A stretch of 64,000 nt of DNA from Oceanirhabdus seepicola (GTDB lineage: Bacteria > Bacillota > Clostridia > Clostridiales > Clostridiaceae). Location: assembly GCF_023684385.1 (NCBI RefSeq), contig NZ_JAGSOJ010000007.1:144148-208147 (forward strand), given 5' to 3'. The position numbers and the translations under genes are program-made. The notes under the pieces were generated by a model that saw only the letters and a program-made list of their open reading frames with translations, had not been told where the DNA came from and made no database searches. Positions 18,812 to 27,995 of this stretch are shown one piece after another. Each line of letters starts with the position of its first letter. Positions within the stretch are counted from its first letter, which is position 1.

Positions 18812-21427
18812 ATGAAAAACGTACAATTTAAATTTATTGGACAAGGATCCACTGTTAGTAGTGAGTCAAAATCAGATATCTTAAAACCAAAGAGCAATAG
18901 AATATTCTTAGATGTAGGGAATGCCTTAGATTATAAAAATATAATTATTGATAATCATCAAGAATACTCTAAGTACGATAGTAATAAAGAGAGACCTATT
19001 AGTGTAGCAAGTATTTGTTACAATGAAAAAGACGATATAGAAGAATATCTTCAAAGAATAGAAGAGGACGAAGTTGAAATTGTACTTCATAGCGAACCAG
19101 ATATTGATTGTATTGTTTCTGCCTTCATTATTAGTAAGTACCTAAATAATGAAAAGTTACATAAGGATATGTCAATCATAGTAGATTGTGTTGAACAAAT
19201 TGATTCCGGAAGAATGGAATATAAAAACAATGAAATAATTAATCCTTGTTTCATACCATATGCACTAGATGAGGTTCTTAAAAGACAGAATAATCAAAAA
19301 AATAAATATGAAGAGAAAAAAGCTCAAGAGGCGAAAGAAAAAGGAGAAAGAACACATAAGTATGATATTAACGAAGAAGTAGTTCAAAAAGGTTTTAAGT
19401 TGATTGAAGTAATTCTAAAGTGCTTAAGTAAACTAGATAAAAAAGAAAAATTTTTAGATAATGTTGATATATCAAAAGAAACAGATCTTTTTGAAGAAGA
19501 ATTGATGCTTTTAAAGAAAGATTATGATCTTTACTTAGAAGAGAGAAAGAATGCTGAAATATGTTATGAAAGTAAAGTGAAGCTACCTATAAAAAATAGC
19601 TATGAGAATGAATTAAAAGAGGTGGATGCTTTATTTTGGAATGGAAAATCAAAGTGTATTCTTCATAAGTATTGGGCAAGACAAGATAAAACTGCTCCTT
19701 TAGGAGAAGGATTTATTTTTACATTTATTCTATCACAAATATTAAAAGGAGAGCATCAAGAAAAAAGAATTAAGCATAGGGACATTAATGTTAATAGAGT
19801 TATTATATCTGTAAATCCTAGAAGTGATGTTTCATTAAAAGGGTTAGGAGAGGCACTTGAAAAAGGAGAATGCTTTAAGGAGAAAGAATACTTTAAAAGT
19901 AGAGTAAGTTTATGGAGGAATAGGGGCAAGTCTAGGTTCCCAGAAGAATGGTGTGATAATGATGATCCATGGTATGATGGAAGAAATTTTGATTACACAA
20001 TAGTTGATTCTCCAAGAATAGGAAGTCTTATGAGTATTAGTGAAATAAAGCATATTGTTAATAATTTTACTGCTCCATTAGTAGAGGATTATTTAATAAA
20101 ATATGTTATACCATTCACAATTGATGAAAAGAAATATACTCAACTATGCAAAAAACTCAATAAGATTAAAGGAAATAATCTAGAAGAGGATGAAATTAAA
20201 GAATATTTTTGTAAACCAATACAAACATATTTATTTGAAAATTCCATTGAAGAAAGTAATTCTGGAAATCGTAGTTTTAACTGTAATAAATACTCTTATG
20301 ACATAAAAAGCTTGATAAGAGAAAATATGCTTAATGAAGTTAATGGAAAAACCCTGAATATATCAGATAATATCCTTAATATTATTGTGTTTAAATATGG
20401 AATAGGTTTCATTCATTTTGATATTGAAATTCAAAATGAAGAGAGCAATTTGCGTTTTGATGAGATTCTTAATATTAAGTATGATTTAAGCAATAATACT
20501 ATTGAAGAAAGAATATTCAATAAACTAATTGAAGGAATAAAAATAAAAGAATATGTTGTAGAGAAGAAAAAAGTAATGTTCTTCTCTGGCATTAGTATAA
20601 AATCGAATATATATTATGAAGAAAAGCATAAGAAAATGATATATAAGCAGATGAATTCTATGAACTGGAAAGGCGTTAATCATAATTCTAGATATATGAA
20701 TTATTTCATAGATAGAGATATTATTAAAGCAGACGAAAATACTTATTATGGTTTTAGTAAAAATGGAGGTGCACTACTTATTATTGACGATAATGATAAG
20801 TGTGAAAATTGTACAAGCGACCAGAATGGTGAATCAAATAAGTTGAAATGTATTAATGAATGTGGAAGAAATAAAAATAAAAAAAGTATTCATGATTATT
20901 TTGGAAAAAACGATTTTTATTTATTTTTAATAGCATTACAACAAAGATTGAGTTTACTAGCTTTTGACAATAAACTATCTGTATATGATAAAAAAAGCCA
21001 AAAAAGAGATATACAAAGATTAAGAGGGTTACTGGTTAATTTCACAACACAAGGGTGGTTCAGTGAGGTAACTGAAGATAAGATAGGAACTGTACTTTAT
21101 AAGAAATGGACAGAAATTTTTGAAAATACAGATTTATATAATGAGATTTATAGCCAGTTATCAGCAGTAGATGATTATTATAAAGCAAAAATGTCAAATC
21201 AATTAACACTTATATCAGCCATAACATTTCCTATGGTTTTTATAGGATCAATAGCAGGATTATATGATACAGGATATATGACAAGTGGTAGACAAGTATT
21301 TGAGTTAAAATGGATACCAGCTACAGAAGAGATGGTTGGAGCTTTAAGTATAGGTTGGGGATGTTTTTCTACATTCTCTCTTATGGTATTTTTAATTGTT
21401 ATAATATTTTTCTATCGGAAGAGATAA
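18812..21427 (+). CDS. 871-aa membrane protein with a divergent DHH-family-like N-terminal domain, a central helical region and a C-terminal CorA-like two-TM pore domain
   Basis: The N-terminal 'IVLHSEPDIDCIVSAFIISKYL' fits DHH motifs I/II (H..PDxD..S), and 'SIIVDCVEQ' fits the motif II Asp, but no canonical DHH triad follows. The C-terminus 'NQLTLISAITFPMVFIGSIAGLYDTGYM..ELKWIP..FFYRKR' aligns with the CorA TM1-GMN-TM2 region, with 'DTG' in place of GMN. The RBS is 'AAAGGAGAAGAG'. Confidence 0.65.
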   Translation: MKNVQFKFIGQGSTVSSESKSDILKPKSNRIFLDVGNALDYKNIIIDNHQEYSKYDSNKERPISVASICYNEKDDIEEYLQRIEEDEVEIVLHSEPDIDCIVSAFIISKYLNNEKLHKDMSIIVDCVEQIDSGRMEYKNNEIINPCFIPYALDEVLKRQNNQKNKYEEKKAQEAKEKGERTHKYDINEEVVQKGFKLIEVILKCLSKLDKKEKFLDNVDISKETDLFEEELMLLKKDYDLYLEERKNAEICYESKVKLPIKNSYENELKEVDALFWNGKSKCILHKYWARQDKTAPLGEGFIFTFILSQILKGEHQEKRIKHRDINVNRVIISVNPRSDVSLKGLGEALEKGECFKEKEYFKSRVSLWRNRGKSRFPEEWCDNDDPWYDGRNFDYTIVDSPRIGSLMSISEIKHIVNNFTAPLVEDYLIKYVIPFTIDEKKYTQLCKKLNKIKGNNLEEDEIKEYFCKPIQTYLFENSIEESNSGNRSFNCNKYSYDIKSLIRENMLNEVNGKTLNISDNILNIIVFKYGIGFIHFDIEIQNEESNLRFDEILNIKYDLSNNTIEERIFNKLIEGIKIKEYVVEKKKVMFFSGISIKSNIYYEEKHKKMIYKQMNSMNWKGVNHNSRYMNYFIDRDIIKADENTYYGFSKNGGALLIIDDNDKCENCTSDQNGESNKLKCINECGRNKNKKSIHDYFGKNDFYLFLIALQQRLSLLAFDNKLSVYDKKSQKRDIQRLRGLLVNFTTQGWFSEVTEDKIGTVLYKKWTEIFENTDLYNEIYSQLSAVDDYYKAKMSNQLTLISAITFPMVFIGSIAGLYDTGYMTSGRQVFELKWIPATEEMVGALSIGWGCFSTFSLMVFLIVIIFFYRKR

Positions 21428-21499
21428 GCTTCTAAAAGAGATTTTAAATTTGATTTGGAAAGAAAAAGTTAATATCACTTTTTCTTTCCACAATATGAT

Positions 21500-22453
21500 C
21501 TATTTTAAAGAATTTAGTTCTGAGTTTGTCCAAGACTTAACATGATCAAGGAACAAGTTTAACTCTTGTGAGTCTTCGTCTAAAGGAGTATTTATATCAG
21601 CCACTGTATAAGTGTTCCACACCCTATCGAAAATTCCATCACTGCATACATCGTGCTGACATAAAACAAAAACCTTTAAACCAAGTGCATTAGCAAGTCC
21701 ACCTTCTAGATGTAGCCAACCAGAAGTATATTTGCGATGAACCTCTTCAGTTTCATGACTTGTCCCTTCTTTTTCTCTTAAAAAATAAGCGTGACTTTTT
21801 TCAAGTCCTAATATTACGGCACCTTTACATTGGCTCATTAATTCTCTGATTTTGCCTATAGGATCATGTTTATCATATACAGTAAGGTTAGCACGAACTA
21901 TTTTTATTCCAATAGACTCAAGCTTGTATATAATAGTTTGAATAAAATACTCTTGTTCAGGAGTGTGAGGAGTAATAGTGCTTAGAAATACAGGAACTTT
22001 ATTATCGGGTTTTTCTATTATTTGTTCATTGATTTTTTCATGTTTAGGTGTAGAGAAAGTTTTGTACCAATTTAAGATTACTTCTATCCCAGCAGTTATA
22101 AATTTAGCATCTTCAACCAAAGTCGTCTTTGGTAATCCAGTATGATGAACTAATCTATTTCTGGTGCTTCGAATATTATCACATCTTTGTATAATTTCAT
22201 TTGGAATGGAAGGGAAAGTAGCAGAATGATTTTTATTATATTGATTTAATCTTTGTATTGAACCATTAAGGTCATATGATTTACTATTTGAAATATCTAA
22301 ATCATATGATAGTTGGTTTAAAAATGATTCTATAAAAACAGCACCCCATATTGCACATGAGAAATATTCCTTATTTTCATGGCTTAACATACAATTTTTT
22401 AAATGATAAAAAGATGTTTCTTGTAAATAATCTCTATAATCATTTATGTTCAT
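21500..22453 (-). CDS. Two-domain protein: N-terminal DUF4145/HEPN-like domain plus C-terminal nucleoside 2-deoxyribosyltransferase-like (NDT/Rossmann-like) domain
   Basis: 'IRSTRNRLVHHTG' fits the DUF4145 signature R-x2-(G/R)-N-x3-H and the HEPN Rx4-6H motif. The C-terminal 'KVPVFLS..' and 'SGWLHLEGGLANALGLKVFVL' match the NDT-like motif (D/S-G-T-x-x-E-x-G-x-A-x-A-x-G-K-P-V). The RBS is 'AGGAGGA'. Confidence 0.55.
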   Translation of the reverse strand: MNINDYRDYLQETSFYHLKNCMLSHENKEYFSCAIWGAVFIESFLNQLSYDLDISNSKSYDLNGSIQRLNQYNKNHSATFPSIPNEIIQRCDNIRSTRNRLVHHTGLPKTTLVEDAKFITAGIEVILNWYKTFSTPKHEKINEQIIEKPDNKVPVFLSTITPHTPEQEYFIQTIIYKLESIGIKIVRANLTVYDKHDPIGKIRELMSQCKGAVILGLEKSHAYFLREKEGTSHETEEVHRKYTSGWLHLEGGLANALGLKVFVLCQHDVCSDGIFDRVWNTYTVADINTPLDEDSQELNLFLDHVKSWTNSELNSLK

Positions 22454-22820
22454 AAAGACTTATCCTCCTAGGTAATATTTTTATAAATGTACACAATATC
22501 ATGAGTACATTATATCATTTCAGTAAAGTATTTACTATAAATACAAGTTATGTGTTGTTGTGTTATTAACGAATGTAATGGAAATATATTTCATTGAAAT
22601 ACCAAAACAAAAAAATAGTGATGAAAAGATATGCTAGTAGCATGGACTGAATTCTTAAAAAATACTGAAAGTGAGAAAGTTAGAATCTTAGAAATGAGAA
22701 GTATAATAATAAAAGATAAAGTAATTGCTCTAAATAAAACTAAAGAAGAATTTAGAAAAATGAGGGGTTATTATTAAAATCTTAAGGAGATAGTTTTATA
22801 GCTACATTTAAGAATCTTAA

Positions 22821-22949
22821 TATTGTGTTAAAACAGCTATTCAAATTCTAAGGAGACTAAGATTATACAATATAAATAGAACTGAAAATAACAAGCTTTT
22901 ATTAGGTGTTGGTATTGGCTATGGTGATGTTATAAAGATCGGAAATTAG
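22821..22949 (+). pseudogene. Fragment of a second class III nucleotidyl cyclase, a paralog of the gene at 16886
   Basis: 'TAIQILRRLRLYNINRTENNKLLLGVGIGYGDVIKIGN*' aligns with the cyclase segment 'CAIEIQNALRVSNKIKAESLKLHMSVGIGYGQVLKVSNN'. It has no start and a premature stop. Confidence 0.55.
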
Positions 22950-23316
22950 ATATTTCTTATAAAGAAGCTGAGCATGTCACTGTTGGATTTAAAAAAGCAT
23001 ATAAACTAATTTACAAACTTAAATATGTATAATAATTTCAATGTTAAAAGGAAAATAAAGCAAAAAAGATAGTAAAGGAACTAAGTAAGTGAGCAATAAG
23101 TGAAACTGAAATTTTAATATATATTACTGAAATGGTGCATTAATTATAGGAAAAAGTAATAGTATTATTAATGGATATATAATTTTTAAAATTTATTAAT
23201 AAATTAAGTTAGTTTAAGAATACTAAAGAGGGTGATAAAAATTAATGATATAACTTTTAAATAATGTTTCTTAGGGCATGGACCTCTGTACATAATATAA
23301 ATGAAGATATATTTGT

Positions 23317-23650
23317 TTAGATATTGGTAATAAATTACATTATGGTGTTATAGTCATCATCATTTGAAAAGAGATTTTCGTGTACAACTTCATTAGATAC
23401 AATATCAAAGGATTTGATTCCTGTACCTAAGGGAAAAGTTTATAATATTATTATACATTTTTCTACAGACTTTGACTCACTAGCATCAATTTATTTGGTA
23501 ACGGTATACTTAATAAATGGTGCGTTTCCTAAATATACAGATGATTTAATAGAGTATGTTGAAATAATAGATTCAGGGAGAATGAGTATAGATAAGTTAA
23601 ATTTAAAATGTCCTGCGACAGTTGCTAATTTTTTAGAAATGTCAGTATAG
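23317..23650 (+). pseudogene. Fragment of a second DHH-like/CorA effector gene, a paralog of the 18812 N-terminus, frameshifted
   Basis: 'LDIGNKLHYGVIVIII*' matches 'LDVGNALDYKNIIID'. In the ORF at 23414-23650, 'IIIHFSTDFDSLASIYLVTVYL...IEYVEIIDSGRM' matches 'IVLHSEPDIDCIVSAFIISKYL...IVDCVEQIDSGRM'. The two pieces are in different frames. Confidence 0.6.
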
Positions 23651-24102
23651 AAGCAATAAGGATGAATTAGGCATGAAGCTTTATAATTATTGGGATAATA
23701 TCTTTCAAAACAATATTTTATATGAAGAGGTAACAGAGCGATTAGCTTCAGTGGATGAATATAAAAGAATTGAATGAGATAGAAAAGTGAATAAAATAAC
23801 AGCGATATTTATACCTATAATTTTGTTAGATTAAATATTTGCCATTGGGATATTTGAGGGAATAAATCCAATCAAGATAAGTTTGTTAATAACAGTAATA
23901 ATAACTCGTGTATAATACCACTTATAAGATTTTATTTAGACTTCGAAAAAAATAAATAATGAAATGGGATATAAAATAGAATTTAAATTAAAGAATTTTA
24001 CACTAAGGCTAAAATGTTATTAAACTGTTTTAGTCTTTCTTTATGTAAAAATAAAAAGTATAAGTAAAGCATAAAATTAAAATATCAATAAAGGAGCTGA
24101 TT

Positions 24103-26862
24103 ATGGATAATAATCCTAAGTTAAAAGAAACACTTAATGAATTATGTTTTTATTTACCATTAGAAGTGCAAGTAGATATTGAAGCAGCTTATGATCATTT
24201 GTTAAGGGATAGCAAAAATTATTGTGATGCTATTCAAAGATTAAGGAAAGCAGGGGAAGCGATTACTGCATTAATGGTTGAAGCTTTAGAATACAAGCCA
24301 GCAGTATCAAGAAGTGGAAGTCCAAAGACAATTGCTAGTCAACTAAAATACATAGATGATAAAGATTTCGTTTTTAGTATGGAGGTTGTAAGAGAGAAAG
24401 GTAATGATGTATCACATTCTTCACTAGGAAAAGATAAAAATAGATACAATTTAGAGATGGTATATGAAATATTTAAAAACTTCATTAATTGTGTGATTAT
24501 CTATATTACTAGAGGGTTACATGAAGATGATATTACAGAAAAATTAAATGAAATCGAAAAGAAACACAGTAATAATAAATATAATAATTTGAGTCTTGAG
24601 CAACCAGATGCTTTTGAATCCGAAGATAAAAATCAAGAGTTAGATACTAAAGGTGAAAAAGAAGAGCAAGTTAAATATGATGAGACAAATGATGAAAATA
24701 AAAATTCCAATATGAGTGAAGCTATTGAAAACATGAATTTTCAAAAGTTCCATATTAAAAACGAGAGTTTTAACAATAATGAAATCTTAAAAGATTACTC
24801 ATTTATTAAGTCAGCTAGAAGTTATGATGAAAGAAGAATATATCAAAAGAAAACTTACTTTGATATTGATGGTATTGAAATTGAAAAATCATATATTACT
24901 ACTGATGATATAGGGGAAATAATTTCAACATATGAGGAAGGAGATAAATATAAACTAATAAAGGGAGATTTTGATAGAAATAAAAATAAAAGATTAATTA
25001 TAATAGGTTCAGAAAAATCCCGTGGTAAAAGATCAACAGCAATTAAACTTCTCAGGGAATTAAAAAAGAAAAATGAAATTTTTTATTTTTCTCAAGTAGA
25101 TGAAAGTATAAAACTATACAATTTAAAAAAATATTTGAAAGATAAAAATATTTCCTACAACAAATCTTACATTATTAGAATGCATATAAGCGATCTGTTT
25201 GACTTAAATAAAAAGAATACCTTAGATGAAATTAATCTAGAGTTGAAAAAAAAGCATTCGTACATGGTAATTATTTCGCAGGATAGCTTTGATGACAAAA
25301 AATACAATGAGTATTATTATTCTTGGAATATGGATATAAACTTAGAAAAGATCATGAAAAATAAGATAAAATTCTTTGAGAAATCCTCTAAAAAGTATAA
25401 AAAGTATATTGAAAAATTGAAAGAGGCTGAAATATTTGAAGAACTAAAGCAAGTTCCAATAAGTCCTAGCCTTATAGCTGTTTATGTAAGAAATATTTTG
25501 GAAAAAGATCCACAGCATCCTGAATTTGCTTCACAAGCTAAAAAAGCATACCCTGCAAATTTAAAAGAAGAGGCTAGAAATACAATAGAGAATAATAAAA
25601 ATGATTTAGATGTGCTTTGTAAATTGTTATGCTTAAGTTTATTTCGCAAATTAAACAAGCCTCTATTTAATGACTTAAGTGAAAGTCTGATGCTAAACTT
25701 TAGTGAACTTGTTAATGAAGAAGAAAGACAAGAATTCATGAGTAAAGAGCGCTTGTTAAAGAATGACTCATATGTGGCAGAGAAAATTAATGCTAAAAAA
25801 GAAGTACAAATTATAAAAAGCAATTATGGAGATATTGAAGAAAGTTTCATTGAATTTGAAAATACTCAATTTTACGAAAAAGTATTAGAAAATCTTCTTG
25901 AGAATTATACAAGTATATACAAAGTAATTAGAGAATGGATATTAAAGAGATTTTTATATTTCAATCCAGTATTGGTTCAACTATTTATACCGAGTTTTAA
26001 ATACTTATTTATCAATGATAAGAAAACTATAATAAATACAATTTTAAGTCCATTGGTTAAGAAGAATTCGAAGTACGGTATAAAAAATATATGCACACTC
26101 ATAAATGCTTTAATAGAGATTGATAATGAGAATTTTATAATCGAATTTATTGAAAGAGTTAAGGGAATTAAAAAGCAAAGAGTTAAGAAAATAGTGTTGA
26201 ATTCGATTCCTAAAACACTTCATAAAAAATATCCTTTTAGGACCATTATGATTTTAAGACATTACATTGAGAAAGCATCCTCAATAAAAGAGATTGATGA
26301 ATGTTCATTATGTTTAAGTTTAATGATTGATCATAAAGTAATAAGAGATAATAGGTACATTGCATTAGAAGCTCTGGAAAATTGGTGTTTTGATTGTGAA
26401 GAGGATGAATTTTTTAGAACTAAATCTAAATATATATATCTAAATGCTCTGTACTACAACATGTATAAGAGTGATTATTGCTTTGTGATTGAATATTCGG
26501 AAAATATCGACTTATTAGAGGAGCAAATACTGCCACTATATGAATTGATTTTAAAGGATAAATTTATGCTCAAGCATTTCATTGAGTATATATTCAATGA
26601 AATAAAGTTTATTGGTGAAAAAAAACAAGATCTAGATGAAAAAGTTGATATTATTGAAAATATTCTAACCTTAGTACTAAAGGAAATTAAATTAAGTGAT
26701 AAAAGATATAGGAAATCATTTTTCCCTAAAATTAATTACTGGTTAAGAAAATACAGTAGGGAGTTTAAAGCAGAGAAAAATTTAATTGATATAGTTTTAG
26801 ATAATGTTATTGAAGATAATTATGAAAGGAGAGAACTTTTAAATGAAGGACTTATTGATTAG
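24103..26862 (+). CDS. 919-aa protein with an N-terminal DUF4145/HEPN-like domain, an acidic linker, a possible degenerate P-loop and a C-terminal alpha-helical repeat region
   Basis: 'VVREKGNDVSHSSLG' matches the DUF4145 signature (R-x-x-G-N-x-x-x-H). 'LIIIGSEKSRGKRSTAIKLL' is Walker-A-like but off by one residue (Gx5GK). The RBS is 'AAAGGAG'. The 3' end overlaps the next gene by 20 nt. Confidence 0.55.
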   Translation: MDNNPKLKETLNELCFYLPLEVQVDIEAAYDHLLRDSKNYCDAIQRLRKAGEAITALMVEALEYKPAVSRSGSPKTIASQLKYIDDKDFVFSMEVVREKGNDVSHSSLGKDKNRYNLEMVYEIFKNFINCVIIYITRGLHEDDITEKLNEIEKKHSNNKYNNLSLEQPDAFESEDKNQELDTKGEKEEQVKYDETNDENKNSNMSEAIENMNFQKFHIKNESFNNNEILKDYSFIKSARSYDERRIYQKKTYFDIDGIEIEKSYITTDDIGEIISTYEEGDKYKLIKGDFDRNKNKRLIIIGSEKSRGKRSTAIKLLRELKKKNEIFYFSQVDESIKLYNLKKYLKDKNISYNKSYIIRMHISDLFDLNKKNTLDEINLELKKKHSYMVIISQDSFDDKKYNEYYYSWNMDINLEKIMKNKIKFFEKSSKKYKKYIEKLKEAEIFEELKQVPISPSLIAVYVRNILEKDPQHPEFASQAKKAYPANLKEEARNTIENNKNDLDVLCKLLCLSLFRKLNKPLFNDLSESLMLNFSELVNEEERQEFMSKERLLKNDSYVAEKINAKKEVQIIKSNYGDIEESFIEFENTQFYEKVLENLLENYTSIYKVIREWILKRFLYFNPVLVQLFIPSFKYLFINDKKTIINTILSPLVKKNSKYGIKNICTLINALIEIDNENFIIEFIERVKGIKKQRVKKIVLNSIPKTLHKKYPFRTIMILRHYIEKASSIKEIDECSLCLSLMIDHKVIRDNRYIALEALENWCFDCEEDEFFRTKSKYIYLNALYYNMYKSDYCFVIEYSENIDLLEEQILPLYELILKDKFMLKHFIEYIFNEIKFIGEKKQDLDEKVDIIENILTLVLKEIKLSDKRYRKSFFPKINYWLRKYSREFKAEKNLIDIVLDNVIEDNYERRELLNEGLID

Positions 26863-27979
26863 AGATTATGAAATTGATAAAAGCGTGACGAAGTTATTTT
26901 CTATTAACAGAAAGATTAATGATATTAATATTTCTATGGGAGAGTATCATGTATTACTAAATGAATCTACTGGAAAACACGATGTGTTTGAGTTTGGAAA
27001 TAAGATGCCTAAAACATCTGATTTGATAAAATTCAAGTACAATAAAGGATTTGTACTTAAAAAAAATGCACAGCATATTGATGGAGAATATAAATATAAT
27101 TGTTTAAAAACTAATGATGATTATTATGTGATTTATAGCTTGAAGTATAAAATTAATAATCCTTTAAAAGTTTGTGAAAATATAAATTTGGGTAAAGGCT
27201 CTAAAGAACTTATTAAAAATACAGTAATTCAATATATAAAAAAAGTCTTAGAAAGAAATATTAAATTTGATGTTTATGAATATGATTTGTGTAAGGATGT
27301 AATAGATAATTCATTTAGAGTTATATCATTTGAATCTTTAAATGAACAAATAGAGAACTATGGTATATTAATTGATAAGTGTGAAATAAATGTTACAGGT
27401 AGTAAGGCATTTAAAGAAGAAAGTCAGATGAGATTTAACAACAAAAGAAGTGTTAGGATATTAGAAAATGAAGTTATTACAAAAGATGAAATGAGTGGGT
27501 TAGAAGTTGAAAAGAATAAGATTGAGAATATAGTTAAAAAGAGTAGGGAAATTGAAGGTGTTAAAGTTGAAAATGAAATAGACAGGAAAAGAATAGAAGA
27601 GAGAGTCAAGGTTTTAGCATCAGTAGAACAATATATTGATGATCCTAAAAAATTAGCCTTGTTAAATGAAGAGTTTTATAATAAGGTTCAAGCAGCTGAT
27701 TCAAATGACATTGCTAAGAGAGTTGAAATTGAGAAAGCTAAACTGGAAATTAACAAACAAAAATTGGATATAATCTTAAAAATGAGAGAAGAAGGATTGG
27801 ATGATTATGAGATTGAATCTTTAACTAAGCAGGTGTTTGGATTAGATGATACTTCCAGTGATAACCATCTCAGTGGAAATAGCCGAGAGACAAAACGGTT
27901 AACCAATGAAAGTAAAGAGGAGGTAGAAGAAAGAAAGAATAAATATAAAGGGAAATTTGGAAAAAGGGAAAATGACTAA
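26843..27979 (+). CDS. Divergent SPFH/band-7-like domain protein with a C-terminal charged coiled-coil
   Basis: The fold pattern runs 'GEYHVLLNESTGKHDVFEFG..', then 'TNDDYYVIYSLKYKINNPLK', then '..SKELIKNTVIQYIKKVLERNIKFDVYEY..YGILIDKCEINV', and ends in a KE-rich coiled coil. The gene is translationally coupled to the 919-aa gene. Confidence 0.5.
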   Translation: MKDLLIRDYEIDKSVTKLFSINRKINDINISMGEYHVLLNESTGKHDVFEFGNKMPKTSDLIKFKYNKGFVLKKNAQHIDGEYKYNCLKTNDDYYVIYSLKYKINNPLKVCENINLGKGSKELIKNTVIQYIKKVLERNIKFDVYEYDLCKDVIDNSFRVISFESLNEQIENYGILIDKCEINVTGSKAFKEESQMRFNNKRSVRILENEVITKDEMSGLEVEKNKIENIVKKSREIEGVKVENEIDRKRIEERVKVLASVEQYIDDPKKLALLNEEFYNKVQAADSNDIAKRVEIEKAKLEINKQKLDIILKMREEGLDDYEIESLTKQVFGLDDTSSDNHLSGNSRETKRLTNESKEEVEERKNKYKGKFGKREND

Positions 27980-27995
27980 GAGGGGGTAGTTTGTA

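Noticed and set aside
16886-21427. Calling this a canonical Pycsar (PycC + PycTM/PycTIR) or CBASS system
   Set aside because: The putative effector has neither a cNMP-binding + TM PycTM architecture nor a TIR domain, and the cyclase is not an SMODS/CD-NTase. The two genes are separated by 1.3 kb of debris. It was kept as a related but unclassified candidate.
24103-26862. Annotating the 919-aa protein as a bona fide STAND/Avs NTPase
   Set aside because: The Walker-A-like segment is off by one residue (Gx5GK), and no clear Walker B or sensor motifs were identified. The call was left as 'possible degenerate P-loop'.
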